From: a virus
Taxonomy: Duplodnaviria > Caudoviricetes
Strand: one strand, 5' to 3'
Length of the DNA stretch: 64,000 bases
IMG/VR virus record: IMGVR_UViG_3300045391_006539
The first letter of the stretch is position 1; each line of letters opens with the position of its first letter. This document shows, piece after piece, positions 10,428-19,819 of the stretch. The position numbers were made by a program, and so were the translations under genes. Under the pieces are notes generated by a model. That model did no database searches. It worked only from the letters and a program-made list of their open reading frames with translations, and was not told the origin of the DNA.

Positions 10428-10847
10428 TCACGGGACTATCAATTGCTGGACGTAGGCTTCGAGCTCTGCGGGGCTCTTGCGAGCTGCATAGCGGATGGCC
10501 ACGCCGGCGACATGGAAGAGTTGGCGCAGACGGAGTTCCCTGTTCTCCAACGGCACCGTCTTGATGAACTCATCGATGCTAGTCATCAAGTAGGCAAATG
10601 GGTCTCGGATGGGCTTGTGCCTCGTCGTGTAGCTCAGCTTGTTGCAGTAGCCGCACTTCTTACACCACCACCAGTTCGTACCCGCCTCGTAGTCTATCTC
10701 TCCCGTACATTCTCTCGAACGTTCGATGTTCCACGTGGGGTCGAGAGCATTGATGGGCTGGCCCTGCCCTCGACGCCACGGTTCTTTCTTCACTAGTTCT
10801 TCGACGTCACTCATCATGATTCCCGGTGTGACGCTCTCCTCATGCAC
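10428..10847 (-). CDS. Hypothetical protein with Cys cluster (possible Zn finger)
   Basis: C...WWWCKKCGYC motif; coupled to upstream ORF. Confidence 0.6.
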   Translation of the reverse strand: MHEESVTPGIMMSDVEELVKKEPWRRGQGQPINALDPTWNIERSRECTGEIDYEAGTNWWWCKKCGYCNKLSYTTRHKPIRDPFAYLMTSIDEFIKTVPLENRELRLRQLFHVAGVAIRYAARKSPAELEAYVQQLIVP

Positions 10848-11037
10848 TCATTGCATGACGCTGTATCTGCTTGCGAAGTACCTCCTCGTTGATGGTATCG
10901 GCACCGGGAGCGATGCCGAGGGCTCGGACTACGGCGAGTAGACCGTGAGCATCCAGCTTGCTCGGGTCTACGTCGCCGAGGTCGATGTAGTCGTCGGCTC
11001 TGGGCGCGGAGCACCCTGCCCAGAGCGGGATAGTCAT
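10840..11037 (-). CDS. Small hypothetical protein
   Basis: Fills the operon gap with start/stop overlaps on both sides. Confidence 0.5.
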   Translation of the reverse strand: MTIPLWAGCSAPRADDYIDLGDVDPSKLDAHGLLAVVRALGIAPGADTINEEVLRKQIQRHAMSA

Positions 11038-12074
11038 TTTCCCTGGGAGAAGAACTGCGCACGGATGGTGGCGCGTTCACCAGCGATGATGCTCGACAAC
11101 TGGTCCCGCGGGATGCCCATGCGGTCCGCGATGATGACGGATGCGATGAAGTTGCTCTCCAGCAGAGTGGTTATTCCAGCGAGCATGCCGTTTTGCGTGG
11201 CCAGGTGCTGGCTGAGCGTGGAGATGGCGTCGAGCAAGGGGCCCGCCGCACCCTGATTGCTCGGGTCACTCGGAGTCTGCGGCTGGCGTGGGGGTTGCGC
11301 GGCGGAGGGCGGACTTGCGGGCGGCTGCGCTCCCGGCGGCGTGAAGCCATAGTTGGGCGGGGTGCCCGGTGGCACGGGTGTGTTCATGGGGGGACCAGGC
11401 GGGGTCCAACCACCGGCACCCGGGGGCGGCCCTGCCGGTGGGGTGTAGCCCTGGGGCGGCCCTGCTGGCGGTCCCTGGGGCGGGGCCGCACCGGGCGGTA
11501 CATAGCCGCCTGGAGGAGCGCCGGGCGGCGTGTAGCCGCCCACTGGCGGCGGTGTCCAGCCGCCGGGTCCTTGGGGTGCGGGGGTTGCCGGGGGACCTCC
11601 TGGAGGGCCCGGGGGCGTCCATTGCGGCTGAGCCCCACCCGGCGGCTGCCAGGCGCCTGGAGGCGGCGGTGCGGCACCCGGAGGTGTGTAACCGCCGGGT
11701 CCCTGGGGCGGGCCGGCGTAGGGGAGCTGCTGTTGCTGGCCCGGGGGCGCGTAGGCACCGGGAGGGGGTCCGCCGGCGTAGTTCGATTGCGTCATGACTG
11801 GTTGTGCTCCTTGGGGTGCTGCATTGGGTGCTGCATTGGGTGGGGTGATGGCTGCGACCGCAGCCGTTTGTGGGTTGCCATCCAAGCGGATGAGCATGTC
11901 GTAGATGACTTGCGCTTTCTCTGGATGTTGGAGAGCGCAGAAGGCGTCCTCGGACTCCTCGTTGCCGCCGAAGATTTGTCCGGCGAGAGCGAGGCGGTAG
12001 AGGATGGCCGGGCTTTCCTTGTTGAGCTTCGCCAGGTCGCGGGGCGCTTGCTCCAGGCCGTAGAGTATCGACAT
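11034..12074 (-). CDS. Hypothetical protein with long Pro/Gly-rich low-complexity centre
   Basis: About 200-aa P/G/Q region with repeated G[YWF]TPP units between folded-looking ends; GAGGT RBS. Confidence 0.7.
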   Translation of the reverse strand: MSILYGLEQAPRDLAKLNKESPAILYRLALAGQIFGGNEESEDAFCALQHPEKAQVIYDMLIRLDGNPQTAAVAAITPPNAAPNAAPQGAQPVMTQSNYAGGPPPGAYAPPGQQQQLPYAGPPQGPGGYTPPGAAPPPPGAWQPPGGAQPQWTPPGPPGGPPATPAPQGPGGWTPPPVGGYTPPGAPPGGYVPPGAAPPQGPPAGPPQGYTPPAGPPPGAGGWTPPGPPMNTPVPPGTPPNYGFTPPGAQPPASPPSAAQPPRQPQTPSDPSNQGAAGPLLDAISTLSQHLATQNGMLAGITTLLESNFIASVIIADRMGIPRDQLSSIIAGERATIRAQFFSQGK

Positions 12075-12077
12075 CTA

Positions 12078-12443
12078 TCACTTCCTGTGGAGTTGAATGA
12101 GCTGTTCGTAGTCCCGCTGTTCCACGACGCAGGCCACGACCTGGGCATCGAGGCATGTCTTACACGCATCGATGTCCGCGCGAATGGGGCAGGTGAGTTG
12201 GGGCTGCAGAACGGCCCATCGCTCTTGAACGAATCCTTTGAGTCCTTCCCTCCAAGTGTCGACCTCGCGGCGTTCTCCAGGCACTACTTCAAAGCCCAGG
12301 AAGTACGCGACGAGGTAGGGTTTGCTCGAGTATGAAGGCGGTTTGAGACCGCTCTTCACACAGAGTTGATAGAGCTCAGTGCGATTACAGCGCTCGAGTG
12401 TAGCCTGCAATCGTTGAAAACGCTCCGAGTAGTTGCTGTCCAA
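12078..12443 (-). CDS. Hypothetical protein (Cys motif C..C..C..C)
   Basis: In-operon ORF, 121 aa. Confidence 0.6.
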   Translation of the reverse strand: MDSNYSERFQRLQATLERCNRTELYQLCVKSGLKPPSYSSKPYLVAYFLGFEVVPGERREVDTWREGLKGFVQERWAVLQPQLTCPIRADIDACKTCLDAQVVACVVEQRDYEQLIQLHRK

Positions 12444-12879
12444 TGGGCTCCTCGTCCTCGTTCCAAATCCAGATGCGGGTCTCTTCTATCCCAGACTGGT
12501 ACTTGTACTTGTAGTCGAAGCAAATCTGACTGTCGTCGATGACGGTCGCCTCGCAGATGGCATCCTGCAGGAGCTTTGGGCGGTTCGCCAGGTCTTGTTT
12601 GATGAAGCGATGCTTGGCTTCTTGTGGGTAGCCCTTCGACAGCATATTGGGGAAGCCATAAGCGGTGAGCATGCCGATACTCGCCTCCTTCTTGAGCTGT
12701 CCCGTCTGCATTGCATGGTGCTGCACGATGTGCTGGACCACGGCTTGCTTGTATGCCTTACCTGCCTTGGTGAGGCCACGACCACCACGCTGGACGCCCT
12801 TGTTGGTCTTTTTCGAGGGTAGGTTGAAGTAAGCCTGGTTGGCGGAGGGTGGCAGCCCCTCGAGGTAGACGTAAATCAT
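12385..12879 (-). CDS. rusA: RusA-family Holliday junction resolvase
   Basis: LPPSAN N-terminal motif; D..N..K..QDAI....IDDSQI catalytic motif. Confidence 0.75.
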   Translation of the reverse strand: MIYVYLEGLPPSANQAYFNLPSKKTNKGVQRGGRGLTKAGKAYKQAVVQHIVQHHAMQTGQLKKEASIGMLTAYGFPNMLSKGYPQEAKHRFIKQDLANRPKLLQDAICEATVIDDSQICFDYKYKYQSGIEETRIWIWNEDEEPIGQQLLGAFSTIAGYTRAL

Positions 12880-13457
12880 CGTGGATACATGCCTCGACCT
12901 GGCAGGTTGCTGTTGACTTGGGTCTGCTCGAACGACAGTTTCCTGAGCTCGACGTGTCGCGAGATGAGGGCCGCAGTCTTGCTGAGCCGTTCGACATGGG
13001 AATCGGCCATGATTTTCATCTGCTCGTACTTGGTCTTCTCGCGCAGGAGCTCGATGTAGCGGGGCGTGTTCTCCATGAGGGTCTTGCGGTCCTCGATACT
13101 GAAGACCTTCTTGGTGTTGGGGTTGATGACGCCGGCGTACATCACTTTGAGCTGCGCTTCCAGCTGGTCGAACTGGCGGTTGACGCCGAGGAGGTAACTC
13201 TTGACGTAGGCCAGGGTGTTTTCTGCGTAGCTATGCCATGCCGTGAAGCGCGCGTGCATCTCGCCGAAGGACTCGATGCTGGCCTCGCTCAGCGCCTTGG
13301 GGTCTAGCTCGGGGCAGGTGAAGGCGGGCTTGGGCAGTCGGTAGAAGCCGAGCTGGGCGAGGGCAGACTCGGCCTCCTGGTGGGTCCCCGTCCAGTACTG
13401 ACTGAGGTACTGAGCCCGGTCGTTGATTTGGTCCTGGGTGTAGTTCTGGTCGTCCAT
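12876..13457 (-). CDS. Helical coiled-coil protein, possible recombination mediator
   Basis: All-alpha pattern; lies between nucleases in the RecA cluster; function inferred only. Confidence 0.55.
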   Translation of the reverse strand: MDDQNYTQDQINDRAQYLSQYWTGTHQEAESALAQLGFYRLPKPAFTCPELDPKALSEASIESFGEMHARFTAWHSYAENTLAYVKSYLLGVNRQFDQLEAQLKVMYAGVINPNTKKVFSIEDRKTLMENTPRYIELLREKTKYEQMKIMADSHVERLSKTAALISRHVELRKLSFEQTQVNSNLPGRGMYPR

Positions 13458-14359
13458 CAGCGGCCTCCCGAGCGCATGCCACCCACGCTCATCGTTGGTG
13501 GGCTGTAATAGTTGACCTTGGCCTTGGTGAGAATGTTGGGCTGACAGGTCCAGGCGAAGGGGCAGAAGCCGCAGTTACTGCTCTCCGTGCGGTCTGGCAG
13601 GACCTTCAGCTCGGCGTGGTGATGCGCCTTGGCGAAGCGCATCTCGAGCTCGCGTTGCCAGAGGGCCTTGTCGAACTTGAAGAGCCAGGGCGAGTAAGGC
13701 GTCGTGAAGTTCGAGTTGTTCTTGTTGTAGTAGAGCACCCACATGAGTGGGAGGTCGAGGCAAGCTTGATAGAGCGTGGTCTGCTCGAGATGGTCGGGCT
13801 CGGGGGCTTTGCGGCGCTGGAACTCGCCGTCGGAGCTCGTCTTGATTTCCACCCCCACGCGCAGATACGCCTCCCACTCGCCGCCCGTCCAGCGCCAGAA
13901 GGTGAAGGCACCATCACAGGTGGAAGACAGGCTCCAGGCAACGGCTGCGTCGCGTGATTTGACACTGACCTCTGGCTCGAACGAGAGGGCGTAGCCCTGC
14001 GCCGAGTAGAGCTTCGTGTACCAGGCGGCCATGCGCCTGAAGTCGCTCTGGAGCAGAGCGTGCAGAGCCGTGCCCGTGCGAAAGCGCATCTTGAGGTTCG
14101 CGGATACCGTCCCTGCCTGGACCCGGCGCTCGGTAGCCATGATGGAGTAGACCACCATGCGCAGGCACTTGCTCATCTCCGAGGCGTGGATGCCCGGCGA
14201 GCGCTGTCGCTCGCCGTGGTCGACGACGGTGTATTCGTGATACTCGCCATCTTGCTTGACGAACTCGGTCCAGAGCTCGGCGAGGCGTTGAGCTTGGGCG
14301 ATGAGCGGCGAGTAGTTTTCCTCGGGTTGGTCTAGGTCATTTAGTGTCACCAATTTCAT
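13457..14359 (-). CDS. Cas4/RecB-like PD-(D/E)xK exonuclease
   Basis: HASEMSKC.R, GTALH, CDG, EIKT, Q..LY and C-terminal CGFCPFAWTC (1+3 Cys Fe-S pattern). Confidence 0.8.
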   Translation of the reverse strand: MKLVTLNDLDQPEENYSPLIAQAQRLAELWTEFVKQDGEYHEYTVVDHGERQRSPGIHASEMSKCLRMVVYSIMATERRVQAGTVSANLKMRFRTGTALHALLQSDFRRMAAWYTKLYSAQGYALSFEPEVSVKSRDAAVAWSLSSTCDGAFTFWRWTGGEWEAYLRVGVEIKTSSDGEFQRRKAPEPDHLEQTTLYQACLDLPLMWVLYYNKNNSNFTTPYSPWLFKFDKALWQRELEMRFAKAHHHAELKVLPDRTESSNCGFCPFAWTCQPNILTKAKVNYYSPPTMSVGGMRSGGR

Positions 14360-14877
14360 GGTGTGTTCTTGTCCAGTTTGAGGAAGTCTTCGTACGGAAC
14401 GAGCACCCAGCGGTCTTCGAGGTTGCCGGTCTGGCCATTCTGAAAGTCGATGACGAAGAGGGGCTTCTCGAGTCCCTCACACTCGCCACGAATCTTGCCG
14501 AGCTCCTTGCGCTCGACCCGGTAGCTGTCCTTGCGAGTGTACTTCATTTCGACCCGCCATTTACCACGAACTCGACCGTCGCCCTTGAGGTGGCCGACTG
14601 CCCCGCTGCCCGTCTGTCGGCGGCCCCCGAGCGCCTCCATCACCTCGACTTCTTGACGGACGGAGGCGCGCTTCTGGGCCTTCTTGCTGACGGTCTTGGC
14701 CTTTGGCGGTTTTGGGTTAGGCAGGTACTCACCGATGTGTTCGTTGAGCCAGAAGTTGGCTGGTAGCGTCGTGTCGATGGGGCCAAACTTGACGAGGCCA
14801 TCTGGTGTTTTCACTATGACCCAGACTTTTGTCGGGTCAGATACTTCACAGGCTAGGCGAGCGGTCTGTATAGACAT
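14356..14877 (-). CDS. Hjc-like PD-(D/E)xK resolvase/endonuclease
   Basis: QE.EV...LGGRRQTGSGA..LKGD....VEMK motif. Confidence 0.7.
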   Translation of the reverse strand: MSIQTARLACEVSDPTKVWVIVKTPDGLVKFGPIDTTLPANFWLNEHIGEYLPNPKPPKAKTVSKKAQKRASVRQEVEVMEALGGRRQTGSGAVGHLKGDGRVRGKWRVEMKYTRKDSYRVERKELGKIRGECEGLEKPLFVIDFQNGQTGNLEDRWVLVPYEDFLKLDKNTP

Positions 14878-16220
14878 TCGACTCCCAGGGCTTTGAGGAC
14901 GTAGTAGCGGAGGTGCAGCTCGTACTCGAAGTTCGTGCGCATGTACTCGTGCAGGTCGGCCAGGCGTGGCATGCCGCCGAGGTCTGTCTTGGCACGGGTG
15001 ACGGGGTTGTAGATGTCGATGCCCTGTGGCGTCTCTGCGATGACGCCCTTGGCTAGACCATGCGTGATGATGCCCCAGGCGTCGTCATAGGCCATGGGGA
15101 TGTCGTAGCGGAACTCCACCTCGCCGGTGATGTTGTCATGGCAGCCGACCTTGCCCTTCTCGGTTTTCCAGTGCAGGGTCTTGCCATAGACCACGGTCTG
15201 GCCCTGGACGGTGTGGCGCAGGACCTGTCCGTCCCAGATGGTGAGGTCGATGAGTTTGCCGTGGCGGAGGGCATAGGCGCCCGTGACGGCCCAGTCCTTG
15301 AGCATCTTCTGCATGTAGCTCGGGGCGCTCGCCTTGGCGCTGTTCGAGCGGACCTGGGCAATGCCGAGAACGGTCGTCGGGTTGAGTCCGTTGATGCCGC
15401 TCGTGTGCGGCGTGTACTTCTTGAGGAAGTCCGTGAGCAGGTTGGCGTTGCCGCTCATCTTCGGAGTCGCACCCACGTCCTTGTGCTCGTCGGCTTCGGG
15501 CAGGAGGATGGAGAAGGAGTCCACACCGATGATGTTGAAGCGGTTGTAGATGACTGCCTGGTTGACCGTGTGCAAGAACTCCTCACCCGTGCTGCCCTGG
15601 ATGATTTCGAAACCACCCACCTCGCGCTTGTACCAGCGTATCTCGTCTGGATGTAGACCCGGCATGCCGTACTGCAGACGCTCCTGGTGCCAGGCCGAGA
15701 GAATCTCGTCGGGGACTGGGACGACCAGCCCGACCTGCAGCGCACGCTTGAAGTCGAAGGCGCCTTCGGCTTGGGCGTAGGCGATGTTCGCGTATTGCCC
15801 ATAGAGGCGCTGGTGCATGGCCATCGTGCGCATCAAGAGGAAGCTCTTGCCGGCGTTGTCGGGGCCGCTGATGATGGAGAGACCGCCGGCGGGGAAGCCG
15901 CCACCGAGGTCTGCGTCCAGCTTGATGATACCCGTGGGTCTACGGAGCTCGTAGACGTTGGGTGCTTCGTTGGCCATGACGACGCGTTTGCGACCGTCTT
16001 TGTTCATGGCGGCAGCGAACTCGCGGTTCGCCGTACGGACGTCTTTGGCGATGCCCAGTTGGTCTGCAGAGATTCGGGCGCCGACTCTCTGATGTTCTTC
16101 CTCTCCGTCTTCCCCGTCCCCCGCCTCCGCCGGCTCGAAGCCGGCGGACTTGGGAGCTTTGGGTGCGCTGAGGCGCGGCTTTGCGGTCTTGGTCTTTGCT
16201 TGGGTCTTCTTCGCTGCCAT
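14853..16220 (-). CDS. recA: RecA/UvsX-like recombinase
   Basis: PTGIIKLDADLGGGFPAG, Walker A GPDNAGKS, AEGAFD, VDS, QVR, GAYALRH. Confidence 0.9.
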   Translation of the reverse strand: MAAKKTQAKTKTAKPRLSAPKAPKSAGFEPAEAGDGEDGEEEHQRVGARISADQLGIAKDVRTANREFAAAMNKDGRKRVVMANEAPNVYELRRPTGIIKLDADLGGGFPAGGLSIISGPDNAGKSFLLMRTMAMHQRLYGQYANIAYAQAEGAFDFKRALQVGLVVPVPDEILSAWHQERLQYGMPGLHPDEIRWYKREVGGFEIIQGSTGEEFLHTVNQAVIYNRFNIIGVDSFSILLPEADEHKDVGATPKMSGNANLLTDFLKKYTPHTSGINGLNPTTVLGIAQVRSNSAKASAPSYMQKMLKDWAVTGAYALRHGKLIDLTIWDGQVLRHTVQGQTVVYGKTLHWKTEKGKVGCHDNITGEVEFRYDIPMAYDDAWGIITHGLAKGVIAETPQGIDIYNPVTRAKTDLGGMPRLADLHEYMRTNFEYELHLRYYVLKALGVECLYRPLA

Positions 16221-16682
16221 TCACTTCTCGAAGGGTTCGGTGCCACATCTTGGGCACTCGACCACTCGGCCATGCTGCGTCACCGGCGCGCCGCACCGCG
16301 GACATCCGTGTGCGGCTGCCTTCTCGAGCACGTCTGGGTCGATGCCCTCGTCCACTGCGTACTTGGTCATGCCTTCAGAGCTCTTGTCCATGTCGATTCC
16401 TTTCTGGAGACCGTAGTTGTCGGCGATGAGCTTCTTCAGACTACGGGCTTTCGAGAAGTATAGTCGGACTCGGACAGGGTCTTCGGTTTGTTCGGGGGAG
16501 ATGCGCGTCCCCTTCTCGATGCGGACTACGAGCTTGCCGAGACCACGGACGTTGAAGCCTCCGTGATTGACGACCGCGTTGATGAGCTCGTCGACGAAGG
16601 CGTCAGTGAGGTATGCCACGTCTCGGAATGACATACCGATGGAAGACGCGACGCGTTGGTCTAACTGTTGCTTGGTCAGCAT
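16221..16682 (-). CDS. HU/IHF-like DNA-binding protein fused to C-terminal Zn ribbon
   Basis: MLTKQQL...VRGLGKL...LYFSKARSLK HU pattern; CPRCG..CPRCG tail. Confidence 0.7.
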   Translation of the reverse strand: MLTKQQLDQRVASSIGMSFRDVAYLTDAFVDELINAVVNHGGFNVRGLGKLVVRIEKGTRISPEQTEDPVRVRLYFSKARSLKKLIADNYGLQKGIDMDKSSEGMTKYAVDEGIDPDVLEKAAAHGCPRCGAPVTQHGRVVECPRCGTEPFEK

Positions 16683-16692
16683 TCTGCCACCG

Positions 16693-19587
16693 CTACTTTG
16701 AAACGGCCCAGTTGGCCCCACGTCCACCAGCGACGGTCAGGGGAACGTCGAGGTCATGGAAGAAGGGTCTCTCCATCCACTGAACGATTTCCGCGAGTGC
16801 TTCCGCGGCAGTTTCCTTGGGGCACTCGTGAATCAACTCGTCGTGGATGTTGAGGTTTGGACGACAACCATAGCGGATGTCGAGCCGTGCTCGGTCGAGG
16901 AGGAGCTGGGCCATCTTGACTACGTCTGCCGCCGAGCCCTGAATCTCCATGTTGATGGCCTGGCGTTCTGCTCTCGCCCGCTCGTCTTTGCGGGACGAGG
17001 CAATGCCGGGGAGGTTGCGGCGGCGGCCGAGGATGCTGAAGGCGTAGCCCGTCTTCTGGGTGATGGCGACGGCTTCGGTGTAGAACTTGGTGACTGCCGG
17101 GTAGGTCTTCTTATAGAGCGCAATCTTGGCCTCGGCTTCCATGCGAGTGATGCCGAGGTCGTTGGCGAGCTTGCCGGCACCCATGCCGTAGTTCAGACCG
17201 AAGCCGATGTTCTTGGCCGCGGCACGGGAATGCAGACAGTGCAGCACGCGCTCGGTGAGGTAGGCGGCGGCGAGTGACCCCTCCTTCACCTCCTTGTCAA
17301 TCCGCTTGGCTTCCTTCAGCTCCTCATAGGGAATGCCCATCATCATGGACGCGTTGCCCATGTGGATGTCCCAGTTGCGAAGGAAGATATCAATCATGTC
17401 CTGCTCGCGGGCGGCTGCCGCGAGGAGTCGCATCTCCAGCTGGTTGTAGTCGCAGACCAGCATGTCATGGCCTGGGGGTGCGATGAAGCAGGAGCGGATG
17501 CCCCACTTGTCACGCTCCTCGTTCGGGATGTTCTGACACTGACCCGTAACGCAGATTTCTCCATTCGTCCGTACGAGGATGTAGCTCGAGGGAACCGATA
17601 CGCAGTAGACATCGCCGCCGTAAGCGCGTGTCTTCTTTCTCGCATTGGTGGTCAGGCTGTAGTCCCTGGCCGTAACGTCTATCTGGTAGTTGGGCTCTCC
17701 GTTGGCTTTCTCATAGATTCGGAAGTGGGCCCGCTTCCCACGGATGGCCAGGATGGTCTGGACCCATGTGGCATTTGCGGGCTGGTCGCTCGAGTAATGG
17801 TTCCTTCGCGCCCAGCAGCCGTCCCAGAAGAAGACCTCCTCACAGAAGATATCGAGTTCCTCTTCAGTGAGGTCGAGTAACCAGGGCCCAAAGACCTTCT
17901 CGGTTCCGATGAGCTCGAGAACTCGTTCGACGAGAGGACTTTTTGGTAATCGGAAACGTGCGCGACCGAGTGAATCTTCTGGGTTGTGTGCGTACTTGGC
18001 TTCGAGGTTATCCAGTATCGACTTGATGCGCTTGGCCTTGCGCGTCTTCGTGAATGAAAGTTCGATGGCCCCGTGCTGGTCTATATAGCCGTCTGCTTGT
18101 ACTGCAACGACGAGTCTGAGCAGGTCTTCACCAAGCTGTGTCTGACCACCCGAAAACCAACCGGCGTGGAGCTGTTGCCAGTCGGAGGGATAGTCTTTGC
18201 CCAGGAAGACTCGAAGCTCTCCCGTCTTGCGGTGACGCAGCAGGCATCGATGGTCTTCCGTCACCTTCAGGCGGATGTGTTGGTTCTCGATGTGGACGAG
18301 ACGCTCGGCCTTCTGCTTGACGTAGTCCGTGGGTTTGACGAACGAGATGACCCCGTTCTCCCACTGCGCGACGGGCGTCCCGGGTGTGTAGACATCGAAG
18401 CGGACCCACCCAGCAGGTGTCAGGACTTCTGTGTCGGGCGAGAAGCAGTTGGGGTCACTACTGGACAACCGTCCGGTACGAGCGATGTCCTGATTGAATC
18501 GGGTGTGGATGCGGTTGCGACCGTCGACCAGGTCTCCGATGCCGACGATGTACGTGCCGTAGAGCTTGGAGACGTTGCGGTGCTGCAGGGTCAGCTTGGC
18601 GACGGGGTCACCGAGCTCGTTCGCCGCGTACTCGAGGAAGTCCGCGTCTGCAGACGGCTTCCGGTTGCCACTCGCTCCACCCTTGGTCCACTTGATGGGC
18701 TCGTACTTGCGCTGTTCGAAGAAGTAGCGGGCGAGCTCGTGGGACTTCGAGGGCGTGAGCATCCAGCCGCAGTGCTGGGCAATCTTGCGTTCGATGTCTT
18801 CCATCTCGCGCTCGGCGAGAGGAGCGAAGGCGCGGAGCTTGTCGGTATCCACCATGATGCCGTTGCGCTCGTACTTCCAGAGCACCTTGGTGTAGGGCGA
18901 CTCGATTTTGTGGAAGAGGTCCCAGAGCGTCTCGATGTACGGCGGCAGCTCGCGGAAGAGGCTGTGGGTTTGAGCCTGCTCCAGTCGTGCTCTCAGGTCT
19001 CGGTAGACCCCGAGTGTGCCCCAGGCGTCGTTGGCCGCGTACTCCACGAGCAGCGGGAAGTTCTCCTCCTCGGCGCGTGCGATGAGTCTCCAGGGTGGAT
19101 TGTCCTGAGTGATTTTCCCGAAGGTGTCTTGGAAGTCGCTCCAGCGCCAGCCGAGCAGGTGCTTGGCCATGTCCTTGAGGCGGTGACTCTGCTCGTCGAA
19201 GAGCAGGGCGTGCTGGACCTGGGTGTCATAGATGCGTCCAGAGAAGGGTGGCTCGATGCCGTTGCCTTCCATGTTCGCGAACATGTGCATGTCGTACTTG
19301 CCGTTCGCGAATATCCATTTCTTCCGTCGGTCTTTGAAGATGTCACGGAAGTACGGCAACATGCTCTTGTGCAGCGTCGCGCGGCGATTACCCCATGCGA
19401 CGGACCAGTAGAGCACCAGGTCTCGCCAGACCGTGAGACCCGTGGTCTCACTGTCGATGGCAATCTCATCGGCATCTTCGAGGGCGCGGATGACCTGCCC
19501 GACGTCGCCGGAGACTACGCCGCGAGGATTGGGAGGAAGTGGACCATAATACTCACTCGTTGGGACATCGACGTTCCATCTAGCCAT
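16693..19587 (-). CDS. polA: Family A DNA polymerase (3'-5' exonuclease + polymerase), intein-containing
   Basis: DSETTG exo I, TGRLSSSDPN, DYNQLEMR motif A, R..AKNIGFGLNYG motif B, IQGSAAD, IHDEL motif C. Confidence 0.95.
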   Translation of the reverse strand: MARWNVDVPTSEYYGPLPPNPRGVVSGDVGQVIRALEDADEIAIDSETTGLTVWRDLVLYWSVAWGNRRATLHKSMLPYFRDIFKDRRKKWIFANGKYDMHMFANMEGNGIEPPFSGRIYDTQVQHALLFDEQSHRLKDMAKHLLGWRWSDFQDTFGKITQDNPPWRLIARAEEENFPLLVEYAANDAWGTLGVYRDLRARLEQAQTHSLFRELPPYIETLWDLFHKIESPYTKVLWKYERNGIMVDTDKLRAFAPLAEREMEDIERKIAQHCGWMLTPSKSHELARYFFEQRKYEPIKWTKGGASGNRKPSADADFLEYAANELGDPVAKLTLQHRNVSKLYGTYIVGIGDLVDGRNRIHTRFNQDIARTGRLSSSDPNCFSPDTEVLTPAGWVRFDVYTPGTPVAQWENGVISFVKPTDYVKQKAERLVHIENQHIRLKVTEDHRCLLRHRKTGELRVFLGKDYPSDWQQLHAGWFSGGQTQLGEDLLRLVVAVQADGYIDQHGAIELSFTKTRKAKRIKSILDNLEAKYAHNPEDSLGRARFRLPKSPLVERVLELIGTEKVFGPWLLDLTEEELDIFCEEVFFWDGCWARRNHYSSDQPANATWVQTILAIRGKRAHFRIYEKANGEPNYQIDVTARDYSLTTNARKKTRAYGGDVYCVSVPSSYILVRTNGEICVTGQCQNIPNEERDKWGIRSCFIAPPGHDMLVCDYNQLEMRLLAAAAREQDMIDIFLRNWDIHMGNASMMMGIPYEELKEAKRIDKEVKEGSLAAAYLTERVLHCLHSRAAAKNIGFGLNYGMGAGKLANDLGITRMEAEAKIALYKKTYPAVTKFYTEAVAITQKTGYAFSILGRRRNLPGIASSRKDERARAERQAINMEIQGSAADVVKMAQLLLDRARLDIRYGCRPNLNIHDELIHECPKETAAEALAEIVQWMERPFFHDLDVPLTVAGGRGANWAVSK
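17539..18447 (-). mobile_element. Intein (303 aa, LAGLIDADG type, C-terminal Gln) in DNA polymerase
   Basis: DPN|CFSPDTEVLT, block B VTEDHR, VAVQADG/FFWDG, VYCVSVP...TGQ|CQNIP. Confidence 0.9.
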
Positions 19588-19627
19588 GGTTGGGCGAGGG
19601 CCCACCCATGCGGGTGGGCCCGTTCTC

Positions 19628-19819
19628 TCACTTGTGTGTGGGCTCTTTGTCTTCTTCTGTAGACCCCTCGAGGAGGTCTGCCTCGGTCAACGCGCGGTCG
19701 AGAGCGTTGATGAAGTTGGGTCGGACCTTGTATCCGCCATACTTGAGCGGCTCCAGGTGACAGAGCAGGCGATGTGCTGCACCCCGGAGCTGCTTGTAGG
19801 CGAGCTCCCGCTCGTTCAC
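19628..19819 (-). CDS. Small hypothetical protein (63 aa)
   Basis: GTG overlapping the SSB stop (GTGA); fills the gap before polA. Confidence 0.45.
   Translation of the reverse strand: MNERELAYKQLRGAAHRLLCHLEPLKYGGYKVRPNFINALDRALTEADLLEGSTEEDKEPTHK

Noticed and set aside
13457-14359. Cas4-like gene as part of a CRISPR system
   Set aside because: No repeat-spacer array or other cas genes; solo Cas4-like nucleases are common in phage recombination clusters
18073-19662. Long antisense ORFs (e.g. 18073-19662, 42846-44240, 44394-46121, 55537-56889, 23352-24455)
   Set aside because: Shadow frames opposite motif-bearing genes in high-GC3 DNA; no recognisable motifs
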